A stretch of DNA of 64,000 nucleotides from Anthoceros angustus (taxonomy: Eukaryota; Plantae; Anthocerotophyta), in the NCBI GenBank assembly GCA_010909165.1, contig MU008179.1, positions 372,001-436,000 of the forward strand, written 5' to 3'. Shown one piece after another: positions 12,283 through 24,861 of the stretch. The notes under the pieces are model-generated. The model had not been told where the DNA came from and did no database searches. It saw only the letters and a list, made by a program, of their open reading frames with translations. Position 1 is the stretch's first letter, and the number at the start of each line of letters is the position of its first letter. The position numbers and the translations under genes are program-made.

Positions 12283-13135
12283 AGGAGAAGGTATGTGGGC
12301 AAGGGCCCCGCCTACGTGGCCAGAACTTGGGCGGGCCCCTTGCCCAGCCAGATTGAATAAAAGTCTTCTCAGCTTATCTGCATACTCAAAGGCCCCAGCA
12401 AAGCTGCAATTGCAAGCAGGAAGCCCGGGCGCAAAGCGAGCATGGCTGCATATGAGATATTTTGTTGCGTGGAAAGCGAGAGTCAGATACACGTAGGGAA
12501 AGTCCTCTTCAAAGCTGCAATTGCCTTGCAAGCAGGAAGCCCGGGCGCAAAGCGAGCATGGCGGCCCATGGGATTACATGATTTGATGCGTGGAATTTGA
12601 AAGCATGGGTCAGATACATGGAGGGTCGAGACTCAAAGTATTGGAATAGAACATCCTAGATAGATGGGCACATCCCAGATGTGAACAGTCACGCCCTTTC
12701 GGGGTGACTACAAAAGGCACAACGTACCCAAGGCATTGACTCTTTCCTAATCATTCTTCCTTCTCCTCCATCCCTCTCCACATACGCATAGATTGATCTG
12801 CCTGATTTCCTATACAAAGCGCACATGAACATTGCACACTGCACAGGCTCGTAAGCCAACGAACTGGTACAAAAAGCGGGCCGTTGGTCACTGCATTCCA
12901 GGTATCCAGCCACGTCATCTCCTCTCGTCGTCTGGATCGAGCCATGGCCGCATCCCGGCTCCTGCAGCGGCGACGGTCGCAGGCGACGCGGAACTGGCGC
13001 TGGACTTCTGCGTAACGGACCCGCCGTCCGGCAACTCCATCCGGCCCACCGGAGGCGCCTGCACCATGGCCGCATCCCGGCTCCTGTTCCTGGCCCTGGC
13101 CATGGCAGCAGCAGCCATGCTCCCAGGCGACTTCT
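12283..13135 (+). pseudogene. Rearranged germin-like promoter and 5' CDS fragments (several partial copies)
   Basis: Copies of 10480-10620 at ~12410-12620 and ~12830-12900; GLP start fragments at 12944 and 13066; internal GLP piece at 12283. Confidence 0.8.
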
Positions 13136-15274
13136 GCTCATTATACTCCTTCCACCGCAGGCTGTCAAGTTCAAGGCTTTTCAAAAGTTTGCAAATACGC
13201 TAATACGGCGGAAGCACTTGCGGCAGCCACCGCTATTGTGGACGGCAAGGTATCCAAGGGTCTCAAAGTTTTTGAAGAAGGAAGTGCGAGGGGCACACTC
13301 GCTACTGCCGATTCAAGACTGGCCAAAATCGTCAGCGATAAATTTGTAAAGATAATTGGCATTCTCGCGTCAGTTGATTCACTGGAGTCCCAGTGACAAC
13401 ATGGTCATAATCTTCAGGACGTGCTTTCTGGTTTGACTGTCACACAACACCAATTGTATATATAACAGCGCAGTCATGGACCTCATGAGAGGAGTCCGCT
13501 CACAGCTAGCTGCGCTCATTAGTGGACTTGCAGGACAACACATGGGTGCCATGAGTCTTGGGCTCTCGCACAGCCTGTCCAGATACGAACTCAAATTTAG
13601 TCCTGATAAGGTGCGGACCTGGGATGACCTTGTAGCGATTAGGTGGAGTTGGAATGCCAGGATCAGGTTTCCTTGTTAATTATTCTGTCTTTTCTGATGT
13701 TTCTTGCTCGTTTAAGAATAGCGTCCAAGCTGAGTTCTCTTTGTTGTTTTGGTCATGGCGTTTCAGGTGGACACCATGATTGTCCAGGCTATTGGGCTTC
13801 TAGATGATTTGGATAAGGAATTGAATACATATGCTATGCGTGTTCGGGAATGGTATGGGTGGCACTTTCCAGAGCTGGGAAACATTGTTCAGGACAGCAT
13901 TAAGTACGCAAAAGTAGTGAACTTGATGGGCAGTAGAGAGTGTGGGCGAAATCGACGTCTCCGGAGTAAGAACTTGCCCTGCTGCATTGCATGCACTTGG
14001 TCTTGGTTGCTGGTCAGTTGACGTTGATTCAGCGCATGATGATGTGCTTGCTTTGCAGATTTTAGAGGAGGAGGTTGAGGCGGAAATGAAGGAAGCTGCT
14101 AACGTCTCCATGGGCACAGCAGTTAGTCAGCACGATATGTTAAATATCAAAGCTCTTTGTGACCAAGTCATAGCCCTTGCAGAATACTGAGGCCAGTTAT
14201 ATGATTATCTGCGAACCAGAATGATTACCATTGCACCCAATCTAACTACAATGGTGGGAGAGCTTGTTGGTGCCCAGTTGATCGCACATGCTGGGAGTCT
14301 TATCAACCTTGCCAAGCAACCAGCCAGTACTGTGCAGATCTTGGGTGCGGAAAAGGCGTGTCGCTGGTCTTGCAGTTGTGTCTGGCGGCCAAGGAGATGT
14401 GTGAGGGTGCGGTGAAGGCTTTGCAGGCTGAGGTGGCGCGGCTGACTGATGAGGCGGAGAGGAGCAGGTCGGAGATGGAGGAAAGGGATAGAGCTCGCTG
14501 GTCTGCTGAACAGAAGTCTGAAATGGCGGGGCAGGTGCAGGAGCAAGGGCACCGTGAGTCCGTCGCTGAGCAGCAGGTGCTTGTTATGAGTAGGAAGGTT
14601 GACAGCTGGTCTGCAGCTGTTTTGTGGTTATTTGGTTTTACGTCTTGACTTATGCTTGTGCCATCTGTGATGCAGGCTCTCTTCAGGGCTCTGAAGACAA
14701 AGCATGAGACTCCAAAATATGGATTGATCTTTCATGCTTCACTCATTGGGCAGGCTCCCCGAAATTCGAAGGAAAATTGCTCGCGTTCTTGCTGCCAAAT
14801 CTGCCCTGTCAACCCGTGTTGATGCTTTGGGAGATGATTCGAACTGCAGTATCGGTCTTGAAGATAGGCTGAAGGTTTGTGCTTTCTTACTGCAGCTGTG
14901 TCTGGATGAGAGTGGCTTGCGAGGTTCACAGTTCATCCGTGGAACTTGCATTAGGGTCCCGACGTTGTGACGTGTATTTTTTATCATGTCTGATATCAGG
15001 TGGAGGCCCGCCTAAGGAGTTTAGAGGGGAGAGCCCTGAAAAGGTTAAGTGGGGCCTCTAAGGGGAATGCTAAGATTGAGGCATATGACAAGGACCGAAA
15101 GAAGGATGCTCCGGGCCTGATAACCGCTGCCAAGGTATATCTGCCTTTGAGCTCTCCTCTGCATGTTGAGAGAAATCAGAAGGAAAAGCCTGTTCTTTTA
15201 GTTGGGAGCTGCTGGGCCCCTATTGCTGTGATCTTCATGTGGGTTACCTACCTACCAGTAGTGATGTCACCTAG
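13129..15274 (+). pseudogene. NOP58: NOP58 duplicate, 5' part (intron 2 to intron 8), decayed
   Basis: Near-colinear with ~6980-8904; lacks exons 1-2; CGA>TGA stop at 14188-14190, 5-nt insertion at ~13197, frameshift at ~14760, intronic insertion 14381-14604. Confidence 0.9.
14381..14604 (+). other. 224-bp foreign insert in the NOP58-copy intron, open for a coiled-coil-like peptide
   Basis: Absent from the parental intron (8207-8305); replaces 4 bp (ATGG); reads [36 protein letters not shown]... without stops. Confidence 0.8.
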
Positions 15275-16269
15275 TGTGGAGATAGAACATCTCTAACCCA
15301 CAAAGATAAACTAGGGTTAATTAGAAGTGTCGTTTCGATAACTTGATAAGTGAACAATTTTGTTATTCTTTGAAATGAATGCAAGAGTCAAGTCTCGAGT
15401 TTGTCTCGTTTCTTCTCTTTTCACTTGGTATCAGAGCCAGGTTTTTGGTCATGCAGGGTACATAGAGGACATCCTGTAGGTGTAAATATGTTCCTACAGA
15501 GGTGTGTAAAATCACTGTCCCTTTGCCCTTCACAAAGAATCGATCATCAACCACTATAACAACTTGCCACGAGAATCAGCAAATGTTATGAAGCAACTCA
15601 TGTTGTTGCATATGTGAGCGGATGCTCCGGTCAAGTACCACAAAGAGGATGATGTACGAGTAGAAAGGAAGCGGTCGTCATGATTGAAATCTGCATCACC
15701 TTGTCGATTCAGCAACATGTGTGATAAAGGATTGCTGAAGGATTTAAGGATTGCTGAATCGACAAGGCTTTATCTTTGTGTCCTAATCTTTATAGAAACC
15801 AATCTGCAGCACGGGGGCAAGAAAGGCCTACCGTTCCCATGCAATTGGATGCCCACCTCACCTCCAGGGTAATTGTTCAAGCCATCAATCATATCAATGG
15901 TAGGATTGACACATTAATCTCCATGATTGAAAGCCATCAACAACCAAGTGAACAAACCCTAATTTTACGGAGGAACCAAACCCCTCCACCTGCTGAAGTC
16001 TGAATCGTCGTGACCCTTCGAACCACAGGCCACACCTGCAGAGGAAGGTGCCTGTTGGTAAAAAATGCAGGCAACACCTGCAGAGGAAGGTGTCTGTTGG
16101 TCAAGAAATGGCTTCATGTGAAGCTTGGTAACCATCAAGGTTATTGGAAAAACAAATCAAGGATGCCACGCATTACCTAGCGGTGGTTCTTGGCCGTCTT
16201 TGTGAGGATCATAATCGCGGTCCACCTCTGAGCATCAACAGGTACAAGCACACTTGATCTTCCGCTACA

Positions 16270-17130
16270 ATGGCTTCTAATACATCCAACACAACTGGAG
16301 TCGATTATCGAGATCGATTCAATGGAACCAAGTATAACATTTGGACAATCCGGATGAAGTCTGTACTTGAGTTCAAAGAGGTATGGTAGTACGTGGATGG
16401 TTCCTTACCTCATCCCACACTAACTGTAGCCTCAGTCTCTACGGCCACAACCAGCACGGCAGCTGTCACCCAAGCTGATGTAGACCTCTGGAACCGTGGA
16501 GATAGGACTGCAAAGCATCTAATCATCAACGCTTTAGATGAAAGCATGATGGATCATGCTGCAGGATATGACACATCCAAAGAGATTTGGGATGGTCTGG
16601 CTAATCTCTACCAAGTTTAGAACGTCATGACCCTTGTAGAAGCAAGGATGAATTTTCAGTCCTTGCGTTTGAAAGAAAAGCAGAGTGTTTCGGCTTACCT
16701 AGGAAAATTTAGGTACCTCCGTTCACAGCTCTCACTCCTCGGCTCTAAGATGACAGAGCTGGATGCCATTGCACAACTGCTGGCCAGTCTCCCTCAAAGT
16801 TGGGAGAGTTTTGCTTCACAACAAAACGGGCCCCTACAGACAGCTTTGGCTGCTGTCGCAGCGGGTGGATCTTCAACACTCACAATTGCAGGTCTATCAG
16901 CTTCAATGCTGCAAGAGGAGACCGAGGCCCAGGCTCATCTTCAAGCTGTGAATTCGACAAAGTGCTCTGGTGAAAGGAAGCCCAAATGGAGTAAGAAGGA
17001 GGCGAGGCAAGCACGCTAGCGAGCTACAACAAAGGTGATAAGAAGAAGAAGAAAGGAGCATGCAATTGGTGTCTAATTGAAGGGCATTGGGAGCGTGACT
17101 GCCGTAAGAAAAAGGCAGGTGAACCACGCA
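16270..17130 (+). pseudogene. Copia A gag (UBN2-like domain and zinc knuckle), with stops
   Basis: RFNGTKYNIWTIRMKSVLE, DRTAKHLIINAL...KEIWDGL, LLASLPQSWESF, C-x2-C-x4-H-x4-C (CNWCLIEGHWERDC). Confidence 0.85.
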
Positions 17131-19390
17131 GGAACAAGCCTCACGAAACACAATGGCTGAATCACAGACAGGATCCAAAGTTCGCTGCTTACGGACAGAT
17201 AATGGGGGTGAGTTCAGCTCCAATGCTTTTCCTTTTGCGATGCATTGATCAGTTGTGTCACCCTGGAATAACTTGCAGCCCTGTCTCGTAAACAGGAAGG
17301 TGACATTGTTGTTAGAGGTAAGGGCCTTAACTGTGTCCTAATCTTTATGCAATCCTTGTGTCCTAATGTTGAATCCTTCAGCAATCCTTTATCATGTGTG
17401 ATAAAGGATTGCAAGGATTCGAACTGTCGATTGACAACATGCAATGCTTAGCGTGTAGATGCTAATGATGCTGATGTCGCGTCATCGCGTTGCTTGTTAC
17501 TTCACATCTTTTTAAAAATGCTTTTAAGAGGTGGTGTAAAGCTCATGGAATCATCGTCAATACGGTACCTTATACATCCCAACGAGAATGAGATAGTCGA
17601 GAAGAAGATTGGAGACATTGCCCAGACAAGGACAATGCTCTATGCCTCCAATCTCCCAAGCCCTATTGAGGCTGCCATCGACCACCTCGTCATGAGCAGG
17701 ATGCACACATCAGCCATTCCGTTAGGGACAACACCATTTGAGTTGTGGTATAAGAAAACCGAGGTGGCTCACCTAAGAGTCACTACTAGGAAAACGGGTC
17801 TTTACCGGCTATTTTTAGAGCGAGGAGATTTGAGCAAGTTTCATTTTACAACGGGTGTTCATGGTTCAAGTATTATTTTCACGTATAGCCATTCGCTTTA
17901 CTACAGAAGTTCTGGTGTTTTACTATGGGGGGGATTTAGCCACGGGTTTTCCTTATGACGTGGCATAACGAAAGCGCTTTTACAACGAGGGCTCTTCTGG
18001 GTTACAACACAAACCGATTTTAGCTAGGACTTTTCAAAATTAGATGTTCAGTTACTACGACTACTGTTGTAAAACCGCCCAAGTGTGGTTTACAACGATT
18101 AGGGTTTACAACGGATCATAGTCTGGTTACAACGGTGCGTGGTTTACAATGGGACGTTAGGTTTTACAATGGGGGCGTTTACAACACAGGCATACAAACT
18201 TTACAACAACAAAGGTGATAAGAAGAAGAAGAAAGGAGCATGCAATTGGTGTCTAATTGAAGGGCATTGGGAGCGTGAGTAAGAAAAAGTGAACCACGCA
18301 GAACAAGCCTCCACCGAAACACAATGGCTGAATCCGAGGCAGGATCCAAAGTTCGGCCCTTACGGACGAGATAATGGGGTGAGTTCAGCTCAATGCTTTT
18401 CCTTTGCGATGCATTGATCGGTTGTGTCACCACGGAATAACTTGCACCATCTACGTAGCGGAAGGTGACATTGTTGTTAGAGGTAAGGGCCTTAACTGTG
18501 TCCTAATCTTTATGCAATCCTTGTGTCCTAATGTTGAATCCTTCAGCAATCCTTTATCATGTGTGATAAAGGATTGCTGAAGGATTCAGGCCTTGTCGAT
18601 TCAGCAACATGCAATGCTTAGCGTGTGTAGATGCTAATGATGCTGATGTCGCGCGTCATCGCGTTGCTTGTTACTTCACATCTTTTTAAAAATGCTTTTA
18701 AGGACTGGTGTAAAGCTCATGGAATCATGCGTCAATACACGGTACCTTATACATCCCAACAGAATGAGATAGCTGAGAAGAAGATTGGAGACATTGCCAG
18801 CACAGCAAGGACAATGCTCTATGCCTCCAATCTCCCAAGCCCTATTGAGGTGTGCCAAATGTACCACCTACGTCATGAACAGGATGCACACATCAGCCAT
18901 TCCGTTAGGGACAACACCATTTGAGTTGTGGTATAAGAGAAAACCAGGAGTGGCTCACCTAAGAGTCACTACTAGGAAAACGGGTCTTTTACCAGCGGCT
19001 ATTTTTTAGAGCGAGGAGAGATTTCAGGCAAGTTTCATTTTACAACGAGTGTTCATGGTTCAAGTATTATTTTCACGTATAGCCATTCGCTTTACTACAG
19101 AGGTTCTGGTGATTTACTATGGGGGATTTAGCCACGGGTTTTCATATGACGTGGCATAACGAAAGCGATTTTACAACGAGGGCTCTTAAGGTTACACAAA
19201 CCGATTTTAGCTAGGACTTTTCAAAATTAGATGTTCAGTTACTACGACTACTGTTGTAAAACCGCCCAAGTGTGGTTTACAACGATTAGGGTTTACAACG
19301 GATCATAGTCTGGTTACAACGGTGCGTGGTTTACAACGGGACGTTAGGTTTTACAATGGGGGCGTTTACAACACAGGCATACAAACCTTA
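17010..19390. repeat. ~1.19-kb tandem duplication spanning Copia A gag/integrase and the CACTA left end
   Basis: ~17020-18200 repeated at ~18200-19390; the CACTA terminus appears at both 17781 and 18967. Confidence 0.9.
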
Positions 19391-22300
19391 CAACAACAAG
19401 CCGGTTACTAAGGAGGACAGTAGTTTACAACGAGGGTCAAGGGTATTGGCACGATTTATTGGAATGAGAGATGATGACTTTATTAGGAGACATTACACTG
19501 CTCCTCGTTTGCATTGGTCATCAAAACCATTTCTCTAATGCCCATAACAGGCATTACATGGTTCTTTAATCCCAACTCTACGTGATGCGGATGCGTGAGG
19601 GTCCCCGTTTGCGGCCGCCTCACCCTCTCCAATTACACGCTCAATTCCATTCTCCTCAATGCCCACCTTCTCCAATTACGCCACAAGAAGGTGGTAAGCT
19701 GGAAATCCTCGAGTCCATCCACCGGCCTCCCTTCCGAACATCCGTCTGGGCAAACCTCTGCACCTCCTTATGCACGCGCTCTAGCTTGTCAAGGTGCTTA
19801 TACACCAGCCGCATCAGACGCCACAAGTACTTGTGAGAAAGGGAGTCGGGCTTGTCAATTAGGATTGACAGTTCTTTCTGGTCGTCCTCGAAAATCGGAA
19901 TACCATGTCCAGTGTTGAAAGCCATAGCTTGGCCGCTTCCCGTTCTTCACAACCGTACCTCAGCTGGAAGCCTGCTACAAACCAAGTGTTGACAAAGTGT
20001 TATCAGTCCAGAGTTGCGAATTGCAGCAGCAAAATCAAAAGGCCAAGAAAGCAGCGCGCACAAACTTCAATGGCAAACCAGACAATAGCAGCTTTGATCG
20101 CAAACCGCCTGAGGAATCGGTCAGCAAGGCAAATCAGAAACCATTGGAGTGCCTTGGAGGCTGTGCCTCCTTATATTGCCGGGACAAAATGGATGGGCCA
20201 CGCAGGGCGCATATCGAGTTCAAATTCGCATCTTTGAAGTGCACCGCCGGAAGTCATGTTCAAAATGACAAGTCCCAAAACTCGACATCAACTCAAGTGG
20301 TCAATCGGAATCCTTGACGAAATCTCGACAAAATGACAATGTGTCCTTGATGAAATCTCGACGAATGAAATCCGGGTTTTCAAAAGTGTCCTTGGGTTTC
20401 GTAATCCGGGTTTATAGGTTAACCGGGTTTACAAAGTGTACTTAGGTTTGAAACCGGGTTTATAGGTTAACCGGGTTTGAAACCCAAGGACACTTTCATT
20501 CAAAAGTAATATGTCCTTGGGTTTTGGGGCGGGTCTCGAAACCCCGGTTTACCATATCGAGTTCAAACCCAAGGAAGTAATTGGCTATAAATGGTTGGAA
20601 ATGCGGTAATTACGTCTACCTGAGGCCGTGTTCACATTACAAGAGCACCATGCAAGCGATTTGGACTTGAATACTAGCGGCAAAGTTGCATAGAACCTAC
20701 CGTGTTCAAAAACAATGAGTGTCATGAAACCTCGTCTCCAGCTTGAGTAAGCGGTTTACTGGTGGTGTTGCAGACAGGCGACACATCGCCAGTCATGGTT
20801 CCTGAGCGAGCTTGTCAAGGTGAGGGTAGGGGTTGTTTTCTGTGTGTTCTTTGGGGCGTTGTTCATTCATGCCTTGATTGAGCTCTGTTCTTCACAACCA
20901 ACAATGGGTTGCGATGCCATTAGCCGAAGATTGCTTGTCGTGCGAGAAGGACCCGAGACACGGCGCACAGCACGGCGCCTTTGCGCGGGATGCTTGTCGA
21001 GGCTACGGCGAGGATGGTGCATTGGACCCAACGCTGGTTGTAAAGAACAGAACTTGGCTACAGTGCGATTTTAGGGCCGGCCCCGAACACCGAAGGCAAG
21101 TGGACGACGGTGAAGAAATCTAGGACGAAGCACACGGTGAGGCGGACCCAGGCCGTGCGTCTTCAACATACTCGGCATGGGAAGGATGGACGGTCAAAGC
21201 GTGGCCGGGCAAGGTGCAACAAAGGACGGTCAACAATACGGAGCTTGGAGACTGTGGCATGGATGGGCTTGGGAGGGCAGCTCGAGGTGGGACAGGACGG
21301 TCCAAGCGCATCAAGGGTGAGCCTGGCATGGTGTCTGCAGCACCACAAACCCACGCTGCAAAAATCAGAGCAGAGGCAGGAGAGGGTTTTGACTGGGCTG
21401 CAGGTGAGCAAACACAGCATCCAAGATGATGACGACGAAGATGGCTTTGGGGCGTCTGATGCGTGGGCATTAGAAGACGTCCATTCGATTGATAACATGG
21501 ACCATCCCTTTGGGATGTCAAAATGATAAGGCACACATGCCGGATGGGTCTATGCCATGCGAGGGTGCCGGAATCTCAAAGGCGATTGCGATGAACACAT
21601 TGCAAGTCCGAGTTTTGCAGGCCTACGGACAAAAAGCACACTCTGAGAGGGAACAAGGAGGCGGGTTGGGAAGAGGTCAGAAGAGATCCCGTCCGGTTTG
21701 CGATGATCGCTTGAGGTTCAAATGTGTCCGCATGCTAGCAAGGGCGGGACATGCACTCCCCCAAAAGCACTAGCCGAGGGAAGTCTCGAGTGATAATTCG
21801 GAGGAAATGCTTGTGCTCCCCTAAACCAAGGTGAGATTGCTAACGGGGACAGTGCTGATCGAGCGTTGTGGTCCCGAGCACTCAAGGATCCTGCTCATCC
21901 CACACTGTGCGAGGACGAGGATGCACCGGTACAAGAGGGCAAGAGCATGTCCCACAATTTGGGCATCTCCCGTTGATGCCCATGTTGGGGTTGGTATTGA
22001 AATTCCAGCAGTGTTTTGATGATGAGGTGAAGGGCAACAAGCGGAGCGGTAGAAAAGCGAAGAGGATTTGGACTTACAAGATGAGGTTCTCCTTTCTCAT
22101 TTGCATGAATCGTAAGCGTGGATGCTTTCTTATTTTTCCGAGTAGTCTTGTGGCAATTCGGTCTAAGCTACAAAGTTGTAGCTCGGACACATAAATCAAG
22201 CCTTAATGCGCAGTCGGTATTTCAAGCGAAAGTCCTTAGGTTTAGATGTCCAGCCTTATTTTTCGTGATTGCCCTATTCATATCCATCGATCATGCTTTT

Positions 22301-24084
22301 TCGGCTATGCAGGCTATATTCTCCGAGACTTGCCATCTTGGTTTCCAATGAAGGATCGGATGCACTTCGCCATTCGTCACTTATGCAACCCACTGTTGGC
22401 TGATTTCTGGGAACATTCTGATGTTGATGTCCTTCTTGTGGAAAGCACAATTAGGCACCATATCGGTCCATGGACGTTTCAACGTGTTGTGGCTCGAGAT
22501 CGCCCGGCTTGAGGCATTGGAAGAACAACTTGAGGAAGGAGGCTAGGCATTTCTTGAAGGGCAAGAAAGCTTGCGTCAAGTACGCCTAAGAGCCTTAAAC
22601 GAGTATTGGGATGTTCTATTGAAACAAGAGAAGGACAAGCTAGACGGTGTCATTGCTCCTATCTGCAGCTTTGCTTACAATGAGGAAAAATGTGATGAAG
22701 CCATATTCATGCTTTGGGTTTGGAGGGCAAAAGCGGTTCATGGACGAGTTCAAAGCCAGTTTGATAGAGGCCACCTTTGAAGAGATTAAGTATGTGGGAT
22801 CCGGGCATGGCGGGTGACAAAGCTTAGAGCTTATTGGAAGGAAAGTGAAACTGCAGCTCCATCTTTGGGTCCTCAAAAGATGACGGGAAGGCGGATACCC
22901 GTCAATCTGGAACCTCTGCATGAGGCGGATACGGCGGGGAATGTGATGAAAAGGTGATGGAAGCAATCTTGCATAAGAAGGTCCGTGATGAAGGGTTCAT
23001 GGTGGAGCACCTTCTTCCCGAACGTTGCAAGGAAGGCTAAGGAAGCAACTTCTTAGCTCAGTTATTCGACTCCTACATCCATCAAACATTTTGTAGCCGA
23101 ATGCACAGCAATTGTTTGTCTTGATATCGTGATGGGATGTCTTCCGCAGATGGACTGCCTCAGCCCGCTTAGGGCTCGTGTGGTGGAGGCCAAGGACGTG
23201 AATTCGGTGAATTGTAGGATGTAGGCCATGTTGCAGGCTCTGTCTTCTCCCCAAACAATTCGGAAATGGTTTACCTTCTTGCAATTAGATTTGTATGCGT
23301 GATTGTGGTGGTCCTAGTGGGGTTGTAGGTGACGTTTTGGGTGCTGTAGGTGGATGTTTATACAAGAGACCTCCGTAGATTTACATCGAAGGTTTTAGTT
23401 CACACACAACACTTTACAAGGACACTAATCCTAAACCCATTACTTTACAACGAGGTTCCATTACAAGGGTCGTTGTAAAGGGATAGCTCTTTTACTACGA
23501 ACCCTTTACAACTGGGTTCCTTTACAACAGGGGTCGTTGTAAAGGTTTAACACATTTACAACGACCCCTTTACATCGAGGTTTAAAAGTCCGTTGTAAAG
23601 GGAACGCACCTTGACAACGGACATTTACAACAAGGTACGGCTCTTTATAGAGAACATTGAGTTTAATTAACCGTGGTTACTTAACACCAATCAGTATGGG
23701 GTCATGTAACAACAGTTACTTAATCCTAGTTAGTAAACTATAGTCAAGTAACCTTGATTACTTAACTATAATATATTAACTATGGTTAGTGAAGTTGTAA
23801 AACGCGTTGTAAGTGCATCGTAGTATTGTCCGTCGTAAAGGCGTCCGTTGTAAAGGTTAACCACCATACGGACCACCCAGTTAAGTCGTACAACGTATAC
23901 CAGGACAATACCGTATATAATACAAGGTATAGCCTTCGTATAATTAGTATGAATATTTACTACGGATATTACTAAGGTGTGTTTACTACGAGGGTTTTAC
24001 AACGACCCCTTTACATCGAGGTTTAAAAGTCCGTTGTAATTTCCGTTGTAATTTCCGTTGTAAAAGACCCGCTTCCTAGCGGTG
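17781..24084. mobile_element. CACTA (En/Spm) element, no recognisable transposase, inserted in Copia A integrase
   Basis: Left end CACTACTAGGAAAACGGGTCTTT (17781 and 18967); right end AAAGACCCGCTTCCTAGCGGTG (to 24084); 3-bp TSD AGT; dense TTTACAAC/GTTGTAAA subterminal repeats at both ends; removing it restores integrase VAHLRV|FGC. Confidence 0.9.
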
Positions 24085-24861
24085 AGTTTTCGGTTGCTTA
24101 GGCCCTTGTTCCCCTTGAGGAAGGCCTAAGATTAGCGGAAAGGGCAACCAAGCACATCTTCGGTTATGGAGATCGGTGAAAGCATACAAAACCGTATTCT
24201 CCTCCACCCTTCAATCGACATATGCCGGGGCGTTGTCTTCAACGAAGCTCCTGTCATAGAGCGTCTTTGTGGGAGTTTCAAGCGCAATCGGAGACTCAAG
24301 CCGGCCATCACGGAATTTATCACTACAAAACCAGATTCGTTCATGGGAGGAGAAAGTTCGGATTCTCACACATATCCTGATGACGATAATCACGATGATG
24401 ATGATGACAACCCCGATCCCAGTGCTGGATTCCAACTACCCACTCCAGGTGTTTTCTCTGGTTTTCAACCGGCCTTCATTGATCACAGCCGTGATCCGGC
24501 TCACCGCAATTTAGGCTTGTATCCCCTTGCCCATGAACCGGCAGAACATGCCGATGCTGAGGAGGAGCTGCAAGATAGCGCGGCATTGCCACACTTGTCC
24601 CTTGCACCCGTGCCTCACGGACAGGGAGGCCGTCGCGATGAAGGGCAGGCCCCTGTCCACCGCCTCGACCCAGGACCGGGACGGCATGCAGATGCACACG
24701 CCGATCTCAAGGCCAGGTGTAAAAGAAAAAAAGCAATATGGTAGGCAGTGCACAAGACATGGGCAAACCATATCAAAGCTGGAGAGCGTGGGTGCCGCGA
24801 CCCCCACATGGGCAGACGGGGCGCACTGAAAACGGGCCTGGGTCGCCACCGGCTGCACTTG
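24085..24861 (+). pseudogene. Copia A integrase C-terminus and linker
   Basis: FGC continuation and CRGVVFNE (SRDVVFNE-type motif) in ORF 24166-24744. Confidence 0.7.

Noticed and set aside
13066-13203. In-frame secreted GLP-NOP58 fusion protein
   Set aside because: The GLP frame is out of register with NOP58 exon 3 and stops at ~13203; the downstream copy also has a premature stop.
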